A stretch of DNA of 64,000 nt from Candidatus Bathyarchaeota archaeon (GTDB taxonomy: Archaea; Thermoproteota; Bathyarchaeia; 40CM-2-53-6). The stretch spans positions 192,001 to 256,000 of the forward strand of contig CAVTBR010000002.1 in assembly GCA_963733055.1 (NCBI GenBank), read 5' to 3'. The position numbers and the translations under genes are program-made. Positions 30,145 through 39,434 of this stretch are shown here, piece by piece. The notes beneath the pieces are model-generated. The model searched no databases. It was not told the origin of the DNA and was given only the letters and a program-made list of their open reading frames with translations. The first letter of the stretch is position 1. Each line of letters starts with the position of its first letter.

Positions 30145-31326
30145 GTGTTGATAATGAAAAAGATGGAAAGAACGAGGAAACGAAACGTAACTGAGGGCAG
30201 GTCGATGAAGGTGAAACGACTGCAGCAGAACACTAAGCGGAAGTTCAAGACTGGACCCACTAAGTACGAAACGATGCTGCACGCATTACACATGCACGCG
30301 TCGCAACTCAGCGTAGCGAAGAATATCGAAACGATAATCGATCGGACTCTTGACGCGATGGAGGCTTCACTTGGATTCAAACACAACGAATTCCTGCTGG
30401 CGGAAAAGGGCGCTCTGCAAATAAAGGGAAACAGAGGCCAACCCACAGCATTCTCAGCCTACCCGCTCGACGGACGTGGGCTAGTAGTCAAAGCTGCGAA
30501 TACGAGAACGACACTCATGATTCACGATACGCGAAAAGAACCCGACTATGTGGATAATAAAGGATACGACTGGACCGGACCTCACACTTACCTTTCGGAA
30601 CTGATTGTACCAGTACTTGTGGGCGCTGAGACGGTTGCAGTCCTATCCGTGGACAGCGCTCAACTACACAAGTTCACTGACGATGATCAGAGACTCCTCG
30701 AAACACTAGCCGTACACGTAGGATCAGCACTCGACCGCTCGAAACAAGAAGAGCAACGTGCCAAGTATGCGACTGGGCTGTTGGCGTTACACAGGCACGC
30801 ATCTCAACTTAGCATGGCGAAGAGCATAGACACTCTCGTCAAGCAAACTTTAGAGGCAATAGAGCTTACACTCGGATTCCAGTACGCCGACTTCATGTTA
30901 GTAGAAAACCGTTCTCTAGTAACCAAAAGGAGCATAGGTCAAATCCCAACCCTCCTAGTGCTACCATTGGATGGCCGTGGGTTGGCGGTTAGGGTTGCGA
31001 AGACCAAGCTGACGCTCAGAATATCAGACACCCGGAAAGAACCCGACTATGTCGACCTAAAGGGGTACGATTGGAACGGCGCGCCCAGCATGCTCTCAGA
31101 GCTGATTGTGCCCGTCCTTGTCGACGCTGAAGTACTCGCAGTCTTAGCCGTGAGCAGCATACGCCTTGACGCCTTTACCGATGACGACCAGAAACTCTTG
31201 GAGACTTTGGCCATTCATGTAGGCACGATGCTTGCGCGCCTGAGAAACGAAGAGGAACTTCAGAAAAGCGAGCAACGTTACCACTCTCTATTTCAAAATA
31301 TGTTGGAGGGGTACTGCGTACTGTGA
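30145..31326 (+). CDS. Tandem GAF domains; N-terminal part of the downstream histidine kinase, split by a +1 base at ~31315
   Basis: Two GAF repeats (SELIVPVLV, FTDDDQ.LLETLA.HV); ends at a PAS start SEQRYHSLFQNMLEGY. Confidence 0.85.
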   Translation: MLIMKKMERTRKRNVTEGRSMKVKRLQQNTKRKFKTGPTKYETMLHALHMHASQLSVAKNIETIIDRTLDAMEASLGFKHNEFLLAEKGALQIKGNRGQPTAFSAYPLDGRGLVVKAANTRTTLMIHDTRKEPDYVDNKGYDWTGPHTYLSELIVPVLVGAETVAVLSVDSAQLHKFTDDDQRLLETLAVHVGSALDRSKQEEQRAKYATGLLALHRHASQLSMAKSIDTLVKQTLEAIELTLGFQYADFMLVENRSLVTKRSIGQIPTLLVLPLDGRGLAVRVAKTKLTLRISDTRKEPDYVDLKGYDWNGAPSMLSELIVPVLVDAEVLAVLAVSSIRLDAFTDDDQKLLETLAIHVGTMLARLRNEEELQKSEQRYHSLFQNMLEGYCVL

Positions 31327-31327
31327 G

Positions 31328-34300
31328 ATGATTTTCGATGCCAATAGGCGTCCGCTAGATTTTGTCTATCTTGACGTTAACAGCGCCTTTGGCAGGCTGA
31401 CTGGTTTGGAAGACGTGGTCGGAAGGAGAGTAACTGAAGTGATTCCGGGGATAAGGGAAGAATATCCTGAGCTCTTTGAGAGATATGGACGAGTTGCCTT
31501 GACGGGCAAGCCCGAGAAGTTCGAAATCGATCTAAAATCGTTGGGGATTAGTCTGGCCATTTCAGTTTCTAGTTCAACGAAAGGAAAGTTCATTGCCGTT
31601 TTCGAGAACGTTACTGAAAGCAAACGTATGGACAGAGCGCTACGGGAGAGTGAGGATAAGTATCGGGCAATTGTTGAGCATTCGCCCAATATCATCGGCA
31701 TCTTCCAGGACGGAGTGCTGAAGTACGTCAACACCGTCGTACTCCCTAGATTAGGTTGGACTTACCAAGAGCTTGTATCACCTTCTTTTGACGTAATAGA
31801 AAACGTTGTGGCGCCGAAATCTAGGGGTTTGCTCAAGGAAAACCTTGGCAAGAGGCTGCGTGGCGAAGAGATCGTTCCCTACGAGATCAACCTGACGAAG
31901 AAGGATGGTTCGGAGATTCCCGTCTTGGTTAGAGCAACGAGAATCATTTACAATCAGAAACCGGCAATTGAGTTCGTCTTCGACGATATTACCGAACGCA
32001 AGCGCACAGATGCGAAGCTTCGTGAATCGGAAGAGCGGTACCATTCCCTCTTTGACCTCATGCTGGACGGAGTATATCTCAGCACGCACGAGGGTCGATT
32101 TGTCGACGTTAACCCTACTTTTGTCAGAATGTTTGGGTACTCAAGCAAGGAGGAAGTATTGTCGATCAGGGACATCAAGAAGGAACTGTACTTCGCACCC
32201 GAAGAACGTGGAAGTCACATTCTAGATACAAGCAAAGACGAAGTGGAGGTGTACCAGATGCGCCGAAAGGATGGTTCCGAGATCTGGGTAGAAGACCACG
32301 GGCGTTACGTTCACGACGAACAGGGAAACATCATCTACCATGAAGGAATACTCCGCGACGTTACCGAAAGGAGGCGGTTGGAGGAGAAACTGAAGACGCA
32401 ATCACTCCATTTGCAGAGTTTGGTAGAAGAGAGAACGAAGGAGTTGAGTTCAATTAATGAACGGTTGGAGTTTGTGATTCAGTCTAATCCTGCCGTAATC
32501 TTCTCGGGGAAGCCTTTGGCGGATCTCTCAGATTGGGTGTTGACCTTCGTTAGTAATAGGATAGATACAATGCTAGGCTATGAGCCAGGAGAGCTTGTTG
32601 ATCATCTAGAGTTCTTCACAAGTCGCATTCACCCTGATGATCTACAAGCGGACTTGGATGGGATTCAAGCGCTCTGGAAGGATGGGCGTCGCACGTTCGA
32701 ATACAGGTTTAAGCACAAAGACGGATCCTACCGATTGCTGCATGAAGAAGAATTCGTGACTCGAGACTCTGCGGGAAAGCCTATCGAGGTTAATGGGTAC
32801 TGGGTGGACATCACCGAGCAGAAGCATGTGGAGGAGGCGCTGCGCGCGAGCGAGAGTAAATATCGCGAATTGTTCGACGCCTCACCCGTATCGCTATGGG
32901 AGGACGACCTCTCTGAAGTGAAACAGTTCCTAGATGCATTACGGCAGAGAGGTGTTTCAGATTTTGACGATTATTTTGCCAAAAATCCAAAAGACCTCGA
33001 CAAATGCGCTGCACTCGTTAGAGTCGTTAACGTGAACAAAGCTACATTGGATCTCTACGGCGCAAAATCCGTCGATGAGATTATTGGAGGCAAACGTGAA
33101 AGCCACGTCTTCGCGTCAGAATCAAATCATGAATTCTTTGGCGATATCATTGCGTTGGCTCAAGGCAAGCTGCATTATGAAGCGGAAATCGAAATCAGAA
33201 CTATGCTTGGCGAAACGAAGCACTGCAATTTAATTTGTGTCGTAGTTCCCGGTTACGAGCAATCAATCGCGAAGGTATTGTTCTGCTTAGTCGATTTGAC
33301 TCCCCAAAAGCGGGCGGAAGAGGGGTTGCGGGAGAGTGAGAGTAAGTACCGCGAACTGTTCGATGCCTCCCCAGTAGCACTCTGGGAGGAAGATTTCTCT
33401 GCGGCCAAACAATTCTTCGATGAATTGCGCCAAAAAGGCTTCTCTAACGTTCGCGACTACTTCAACGAGCACCCTGAGGACATAAGTAAGTGCGCGTCAA
33501 GGGTGAAAGTGCTCAATGTGAACAGAGCCACATTGAATCTCTACGGCGCGAAATCTGTGAATGAGATTATCGGGGGTTTAGGTGGGGTCTTAACGGAAAA
33601 AGCGAACCGTCGTTCATTTTCAGGCGAACTCATAGCGTTTGCGGAGGGCAAGAAGTACTATGAAGCGGAAATGGAAAACAGGACTCTCCGCGGCGAGACC
33701 AAGCGAGTCAAAGTGATATGTGCGGTAGTCCCTGGCTACGAGAAATCGCTGGCCAAAGTTCTTGTCTGCACAGTCGATTTGACTCCCCAGAAGAAATTGG
33801 AGAGAGAGTTAGTCCGGTCGCAGCGGCTCGCCGCAATTGGCGAAACTGCGGGAATGGTTGGCCATGACCTACGTAACCCTCTTCAAGGAATAGCCGGAGC
33901 CTCATACAACATACGAAAGCACCTCCGAAACACGATCGACCCCTCTACGGAAGATATGCTAGAGGTCATAGACAATGGCGTTCAATATGCAAACGGAATC
34001 GTCAACTCCCTCTTGGAGTTTTCAAGGGAAATGCAACTCCAACTCCTACCCACCACACCAAAGTCAATCGTAAGGCAGACACTGACTGATATTAAGGTCC
34101 CAAGCAACATCACCCTAGAGGATACGACAACCAGCGAACCGGAGATTCAGGTCGATCAATCCAAGCTTAAACGTGTACTTATCAACCTCATTCAAAACGC
34201 CATAGATGCGCTGCCGGACGGCGGAAAATTAACGATCAACAGCACAAACGCACAAAAAGAGGTGACTATATCCATCAGTGACACAGGGGTTGGAATTCCC

Positions 34301-34498
34301 CAAGACGAGATGGAGAAAATTTGGACACCGTTATACACGACAAAGGCGAAGGGAATCGGGCTAGGAATGGCGATTTGCAAACGCATTGTGGAAGCTCATG
34401 GTGGCTCCATATCCGTTGATAGCACAGTTGGAAAGGGGACAACATTCACGCTGAAACTTCCAACACAAAACGTCCAGTCCGGAGGTGAACCAGTATGA
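31328..34498 (+). CDS. Multi-PAS sensor histidine kinase
   Basis: Several PAS/PAC units (DITE motifs), H-box VGHDLRNPL, NLIQNA, DTGVG, GIGLG. Confidence 0.95.
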   Translation: MIFDANRRPLDFVYLDVNSAFGRLTGLEDVVGRRVTEVIPGIREEYPELFERYGRVALTGKPEKFEIDLKSLGISLAISVSSSTKGKFIAVFENVTESKRMDRALRESEDKYRAIVEHSPNIIGIFQDGVLKYVNTVVLPRLGWTYQELVSPSFDVIENVVAPKSRGLLKENLGKRLRGEEIVPYEINLTKKDGSEIPVLVRATRIIYNQKPAIEFVFDDITERKRTDAKLRESEERYHSLFDLMLDGVYLSTHEGRFVDVNPTFVRMFGYSSKEEVLSIRDIKKELYFAPEERGSHILDTSKDEVEVYQMRRKDGSEIWVEDHGRYVHDEQGNIIYHEGILRDVTERRRLEEKLKTQSLHLQSLVEERTKELSSINERLEFVIQSNPAVIFSGKPLADLSDWVLTFVSNRIDTMLGYEPGELVDHLEFFTSRIHPDDLQADLDGIQALWKDGRRTFEYRFKHKDGSYRLLHEEEFVTRDSAGKPIEVNGYWVDITEQKHVEEALRASESKYRELFDASPVSLWEDDLSEVKQFLDALRQRGVSDFDDYFAKNPKDLDKCAALVRVVNVNKATLDLYGAKSVDEIIGGKRESHVFASESNHEFFGDIIALAQGKLHYEAEIEIRTMLGETKHCNLICVVVPGYEQSIAKVLFCLVDLTPQKRAEEGLRESESKYRELFDASPVALWEEDFSAAKQFFDELRQKGFSNVRDYFNEHPEDISKCASRVKVLNVNRATLNLYGAKSVNEIIGGLGGVLTEKANRRSFSGELIAFAEGKKYYEAEMENRTLRGETKRVKVICAVVPGYEKSLAKVLVCTVDLTPQKKLERELVRSQRLAAIGETAGMVGHDLRNPLQGIAGASYNIRKHLRNTIDPSTEDMLEVIDNGVQYANGIVNSLLEFSREMQLQLLPTTPKSIVRQTLTDIKVPSNITLEDTTTSEPEIQVDQSKLKRVLINLIQNAIDALPDGGKLTINSTNAQKEVTISISDTGVGIPQDEMEKIWTPLYTTKAKGIGLGMAICKRIVEAHGGSISVDSTVGKGTTFTLKLPTQNVQSGGEPV

Positions 34499-34980
34499 GT
34501 GAAAGCAAGGGGGGTAGAATACTCGTCGTAGACGACGATGAGGGAATACGCAAAGTTGTCGCCGAAGCGTTACGAAGCGAAGGTTACTCAGTGGACACCG
34601 CGAGCAACGGCAAAGAAGCAATCGAGAAATCCCAAGCCAACTTCTACAACCTAGCGCTCGTAGACATACGCCTACCAGACATGGAGGGAACAAAACTCCT
34701 GACCTCCATGAAAGAAACAACTCCAGAGATGGTCAAGATCATCCTGACCGGCTACCCCGCTTTACAAAATGCCATCGACGCAGTAAACAAAGGCGCTCAT
34801 GGCTACTTGGTCAAGCCGATCAAAATGGATGAACTCCTTCGAACAGTCGAACAGAGCCTGAAGAAACAGCGCGAATCGAAGAAATACGGTCAAGAGAAAG
34901 TAGCTGAATTCGTGGAAACACGTTTCAAGGAACTGCAGTCCGAAGAACAAGATAACTCAACGACGACAAAGAAGAAATGA
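34495..34980 (+). CDS. Response regulator receiver protein
   Basis: ILVVDDD, LVDIRLPDMEG, ILTGY, YLVKP. Confidence 0.95.
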   Translation: MSESKGGRILVVDDDEGIRKVVAEALRSEGYSVDTASNGKEAIEKSQANFYNLALVDIRLPDMEGTKLLTSMKETTPEMVKIILTGYPALQNAIDAVNKGAHGYLVKPIKMDELLRTVEQSLKKQRESKKYGQEKVAEFVETRFKELQSEEQDNSTTTKKK

Positions 34981-35002
34981 ATCCTGCTGCGGAAGGACAA
35001 CC

Positions 35003-36055
35003 ATGAACCTGGACAACCCGACCGAGATTCGAAGGGTCGACCAATCAGATATGCTGGCGGCGATGGAGAGGACCCCAGACCGTCTAGTTCCACCACCGGA
35101 CGCTGATTCCACCTGCCAAGTTCGGTCTCAAAACCCTACGAATATCGTCTTTGGGGGCGTAGGAGGTTCCGGAATTGCTGGGGATATCCTCACAGACTAC
35201 TTACGCAGCGAAGTCGATATTCCTGTTGCGGTTTGCAGATCTGTTGGAATGCCGCGTTATGTGGGAAAGAATACCCTATTCATTGCGATAAGTTACTCCG
35301 GAGAAACCGCAGAAACACTTGGATTGTTCGAACAAGCAAAACGTAACGGAGCAAAGGTCGCTGTGATTTGCTCCGGGGGTAAGCTTCTCGCCGCTTCACA
35401 ATCCCAAGGAATTCCTTACGTGAAGGTCGATGGAGGCATGCCTCCAAGATTGGCATTACCCGAACTCGTAGCCGCACTGGCCTACGTCTTGGGTCGAGCG
35501 GGCATTTACAAGGACCGTCACAAATCGCTTGAAACGGCTTCGCGGTCGGTGGGGCAAATAATCAGTTCCGTAAAGCCATCAGCCTCGTTGGCGAAGAATC
35601 AGGCGAAGCAACTGGCTGTCGCACTCAAGGATCATCTGCCCCTCCTGTTAGGGAGCGAGAACAGCAGTAGCGTTCTACGCCGATTCAAGAACGAGCTTAA
35701 CGAAAACAGCAAAGTTCCAGCATTCTACTTCACCCTCCCCGAAGCATATCACAATGACATTGAAGGGCTGAAGACGCTCAGGGAGCTCTCTCGACCCCAA
35801 CCGGTTCTACTTCGTAGCCAGAACCAAACGAAGGCGGACGAGAAGACCGAAAAAAGTTTGGTTGAATTGCTTTCGCAGCTTGGATTTGCGCCAACTCTTA
35901 GTTTCGAAGGTGTGGGCGAAGATCGATTGGGGTGGTTACTTAGCGCTGTAACTTTCGGTGACTATGTTTCGACTTACCTTTCAGTGTTGAGGAATGTCGA
36001 TCCTACGAAACTTTTCCTAATACCGAGCTTCAAGACGGTTAGAGGTCAAGTATGA
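35003..36055 (+). CDS. Bifunctional phosphoglucose/phosphomannose isomerase
   Basis: GVGGSGIAG, SYSGETAE, PPRLAL, ELNENSK, PEAYHN. Confidence 0.9.
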   Translation: MNLDNPTEIRRVDQSDMLAAMERTPDRLVPPPDADSTCQVRSQNPTNIVFGGVGGSGIAGDILTDYLRSEVDIPVAVCRSVGMPRYVGKNTLFIAISYSGETAETLGLFEQAKRNGAKVAVICSGGKLLAASQSQGIPYVKVDGGMPPRLALPELVAALAYVLGRAGIYKDRHKSLETASRSVGQIISSVKPSASLAKNQAKQLAVALKDHLPLLLGSENSSSVLRRFKNELNENSKVPAFYFTLPEAYHNDIEGLKTLRELSRPQPVLLRSQNQTKADEKTEKSLVELLSQLGFAPTLSFEGVGEDRLGWLLSAVTFGDYVSTYLSVLRNVDPTKLFLIPSFKTVRGQV

Positions 36056-36473
36056 ACCTCAGAATGACAGAGTTTCCCTCTCTGACGACTTCCATCTTGT
36101 GAAGTGTCACCCCCTTCACCTCAACTTTAGAGCCATGAAGCTGTCGATTGTAACTCTCGCCGTAAGCCTTCGCGATCAGATGTAGAGTATTGGAAGCAGT
36201 CTTCAAGAGGGTGACATGAAATTTCGAGTACACCTTACCGTCGAGCTCGAATTTCAGCAGCAACGTGTCTAGCCAATCATAGAGAAGCTCTACTTCGTCA
36301 CCACCGTCGGCCTCAACATCATGGACCACTTTGTGCGAAATCGACGCCAAGTTACACATCGTATCGAACAGCGCTAGTCCCGCATTTTCAAGCGCCTCTT
36401 CGAAAGTGGGACCAACGGATTGAATGTATGCGTCTGTTGTGTGTGGAAGAAACTCGTAACGCGGGACTGTCAA
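36039..36473 (-). CDS. Archease
   Basis: YEFLPHTTD, ELLYDWL, EVKGVTLH, FILDL. Confidence 0.93.
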   Translation of the reverse strand: MTVPRYEFLPHTTDAYIQSVGPTFEEALENAGLALFDTMCNLASISHKVVHDVEADGGDEVELLYDWLDTLLLKFELDGKVYSKFHVTLLKTASNTLHLIAKAYGESYNRQLHGSKVEVKGVTLHKMEVVREGNSVILRFILDL

Positions 36474-36549
36474 AGCGAACTCATCTCTGAATTTTCGAGC
36501 TCGCAAGCCAACGGGAACTTAAATAGGAATCGGCTTCAGGGATACTTTA

Positions 36550-36675
36550 GCCGGGATGGCCGAGTGGATTAACATCATGAAAAATGGTCCAGAGGCGCGG
36601 GCCTTGAGTGTCAAGTTCAATGCAAGCCCGTGGCCCTTATGGGCCTCGGGGGTTCGAATCCCTCTCCCGGCGCCA
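36550..36675 (+). tRNA. tRNA-Ser(TGA) with two predicted introns (36572-36592 in the D-loop; 36609-36624 at 37/38)
   Basis: GCCGGGA/TCCCGGC acceptor, GCCA end, long variable arm, CGGGC/GCCCG stem with CT-TGA-G; D-loop insert forms helix GGAT/GTCC with TAA and AGA bulges. Confidence 0.85.
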
Positions 36676-36725
36676 AATGACACCGTACTGGCCTTGAAAA
36701 AGTGAAAGCGAAAGGAAAGAACAAA

Positions 36726-38171
36726 ATGAAACGAACCAAGATCATGCTTCTTGTTCTCGCAATCGTTCTGCTCTCGCTTCCTCTTCCGGCTAAAGCGGCA
36801 CCCTCGCTCAGCACAGACAACTTCCTCTACACAACCAGAGACAAGCAAGTAACCTTAGTTGGCTCCGGACTGACTCCGGCTCAGCAATACTACCTCTGGG
36901 TGAAAGGACCGACGTCCACCAAGACACGATATGCCGGAATGTCCTTTACGCCAATCTCAGGAGGGCTCATTCCTCCAGATGTGACGTACCCGTTATCGGC
37001 CAACGCTTCATTGGGCACATACCTCATCAGCCTTTCAACTTCATCAACATCAGATAACGCGCAAGCGACGGCACATTTCGGTGTTTGGGGTTCAGCGGCA
37101 CCCGTATACCAACGAACCCAATCTGTGAATATTCTTGGCGGCGGTATTTTCCCGGGCACCAGCCTGAGTTTGACGATTCAAGACCCTGCAGGCAATATCG
37201 TACACGCTACATTAGCTTCGACCACTGAGGGAGACTTCAATCACACTTGGAGAATCCCACCAGACGCGATTACGGATGTTTTTACAGCCGTGATCTATGG
37301 CACAGGCACTTTCGATAACCCGCAACAGGACTTTTCGTCCACTGCGAAATTTACCGTGACCCAGGCACTATTATCCGCAAGAATCGTAGACCAACCAAAC
37401 TCAACGTATCAGCGGACACAAGTTGCTAATGTTACTATGGCACTTCAGTACCCAGACGGAAGCCCCGTACTGAGCACGAAGGCAAATGCAGGATCCGTCA
37501 TACTCATGCGAGACCAGACTACACTTGGCCCTGCAAATATGACTCTTGTCGACCCCGCAAACGGAATATGGGTTGCTGGAACCAAACTCTTCACAAATGC
37601 GACGCCAGGCACGAGATATCGATTCGAGATGCCAGCCAATTCCTTTGACGATGGCTACGGAAACAGAGGTGCTGCGGTCGACACTTCGTCTAACTATTTT
37701 ACGGTTACAAACGCTAGTTTGTTGATCTTTAGTCAAGTGAACGGGACACGAATCCAAATTCCCTTCGGACAGGTAAGCATCATATCGAAGGTAACATACC
37801 CCGACGGAACACCGTTGACGGCTGGGTCCGTGAACGTCGTCGTCTCTACCGGCTCATCGGTCACACCTGTAACCTCAACCTACGACCCATCCACAGGAGA
37901 ATGGCGTGCGTCGTACTCGAGCACGCTCTTTGATTTGATTCGGGGTGGGAATTGGACCTTGAAGGTGAGCGCAAGTGACACGTTGGGGAACTCGGGAAAG
38001 GCTACTTACGAAGTTGTGGCTCAGCCATATCTGTTCGTCACTCTGATTGTGGGGATTGTTGCGGTCGCGTTTGTTGTTCGTTGGTCCGTGGCGCGTTATG
38101 GAAGGAAGGTTTACTTCCGGTTGCGGAGAATCCTCAAACGTCCTAGATACCGCAAATTCTCTCAGGGTTGA
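36726..38171 (+). CDS. Secreted beta-sandwich (Ig-like) repeat surface protein with C-terminal TM anchor
   Basis: Signal peptide, repeated YQRTQ and YPDG units, C-terminal TM helix and basic tail. Confidence 0.75.
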   Translation: MKRTKIMLLVLAIVLLSLPLPAKAAPSLSTDNFLYTTRDKQVTLVGSGLTPAQQYYLWVKGPTSTKTRYAGMSFTPISGGLIPPDVTYPLSANASLGTYLISLSTSSTSDNAQATAHFGVWGSAAPVYQRTQSVNILGGGIFPGTSLSLTIQDPAGNIVHATLASTTEGDFNHTWRIPPDAITDVFTAVIYGTGTFDNPQQDFSSTAKFTVTQALLSARIVDQPNSTYQRTQVANVTMALQYPDGSPVLSTKANAGSVILMRDQTTLGPANMTLVDPANGIWVAGTKLFTNATPGTRYRFEMPANSFDDGYGNRGAAVDTSSNYFTVTNASLLIFSQVNGTRIQIPFGQVSIISKVTYPDGTPLTAGSVNVVVSTGSSVTPVTSTYDPSTGEWRASYSSTLFDLIRGGNWTLKVSASDTLGNSGKATYEVVAQPYLFVTLIVGIVAVAFVVRWSVARYGRKVYFRLRRILKRPRYRKFSQG

Positions 38172-39046
38172 AAGATTCCACCAGTGAACCCATGCACCGA
38201 CAGCGCTTTCTTCTGATCGTGCCATTCAAAGATGAAAGAATAGACCGGCATTAGGTATTGGGCTAGCTGAGTCACCTGAAATCGGTTACTGAGTATCTTT
38301 GAGAATGCAACCGGGGGCTTCACGACCATGGCATGAAGCTTCTGTACCAATTCCTCTTTGGTCATTGAATTTGAGTCGAATTCTACGCCGGGGTATTGTG
38401 AGAGAAGTTCTTCGTAAGTGGTTTTCTTCAGCGGTAATTTACGGTCGAAGAATGCTTCCGCCTCGAGGTCTTCCCGTCCCTGCGCGTTGAGAAAGAGAGA
38501 GTTCTCGTCATACATGTGGGCTAACTCCGTGATTTCGCTGAGCCTGAACGATTTCGCTTCCGATCCCTCCCTCCTTCCGAGCAATCGCTTGGCTAAATTC
38601 GATATCCCCTGCCCTTCGGCGGAGCCTAATTCTACCAGATCTCTAATCTTTCCTTCAACCTCGACAGCGACGACATCTGGGGGAAGATCGATTTTGTAGG
38701 TGTTTCCCCTGAAGTAGAAACATTCATGGTATCCTCGAATTCTCCAGAAGGGGATCAGTTTCAGTTTAGGATTCTCCACGGTGTGAACGTCTTGGTCCTT
38801 AGGTTTGAGCAGGGAGAGAACCCGGTTCTTGAACAGCGATGCCCTGCGGCTCTCCGCCGTCTTGAAAAGTTCCGGTAGGGGTTTGGGTTGGAGGAAGTAA
38901 ATGTCAGACGTTAACTTTTCAGGAGCCCAACCGTTTCCGACCCTTGAATCCTCGAACCCGCCCGCGGATTCAAAGAGTGTTTGAAACTCGTTTATCGTTG
39001 AGTCAAGTAGATGTTTGATTTCTTCGAAGCGATCGTCTGCGCTCAA
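38162..39046 (-). CDS. Hypothetical protein
   Basis: 294-aa open frame with globular composition, co-oriented with ssb. Confidence 0.65.
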   Translation of the reverse strand: MSADDRFEEIKHLLDSTINEFQTLFESAGGFEDSRVGNGWAPEKLTSDIYFLQPKPLPELFKTAESRRASLFKNRVLSLLKPKDQDVHTVENPKLKLIPFWRIRGYHECFYFRGNTYKIDLPPDVVAVEVEGKIRDLVELGSAEGQGISNLAKRLLGRREGSEAKSFRLSEITELAHMYDENSLFLNAQGREDLEAEAFFDRKLPLKKTTYEELLSQYPGVEFDSNSMTKEELVQKLHAMVVKPPVAFSKILSNRFQVTQLAQYLMPVYSFIFEWHDQKKALSVHGFTGGIFQP

Positions 39047-39086
39047 ATTTTGGGCCTTAACCGGCGAAAGGAATCGAGGAATTTAG

Positions 39087-39350
39087 TTATGGCTGCACTG
39101 TGAGCTTTCCGTATCGGCCCACGTTCATCTGGGTCTCGCCCCGAAAACTATCCACGTATCCATTCTCGATTGTCACAGTATCGTTGGCCTTTACTTGGTC
39201 GATCTGTTCGTTCCAGAGGTTAAGTTTGACAGTACCAGAATCGTCGACGACAACCGCAGTAGCAACCCTGGATTGGTCACCCCTTCTCGTCGTTACCTCC
39301 CTTGCTGCCGAGATTTCTTGAATCTTAGCGGTTATGTCCACACGCCTCAT
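39087..39350 (-). CDS. ssb: Single OB-fold ssDNA-binding protein (crenarchaeal SSB/RPA type); true start probably ~10 codons further upstream
   Basis: (ELKPG)MRRVD, DDSGTVKLNLW, IENGYV, NVGRYG. Confidence 0.88.
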   Translation of the reverse strand: MRRVDITAKIQEISAAREVTTRRGDQSRVATAVVVDDSGTVKLNLWNEQIDQVKANDTVTIENGYVDSFRGETQMNVGRYGKLTVQP

Positions 39351-39434
39351 TCCAGGCTTGAGTTCGGATACATCGAAATCAATCCGCTAGAGCAATGTTT
39401 GCGATATTAAACTATTTCACTTCAATTAGGTCAA

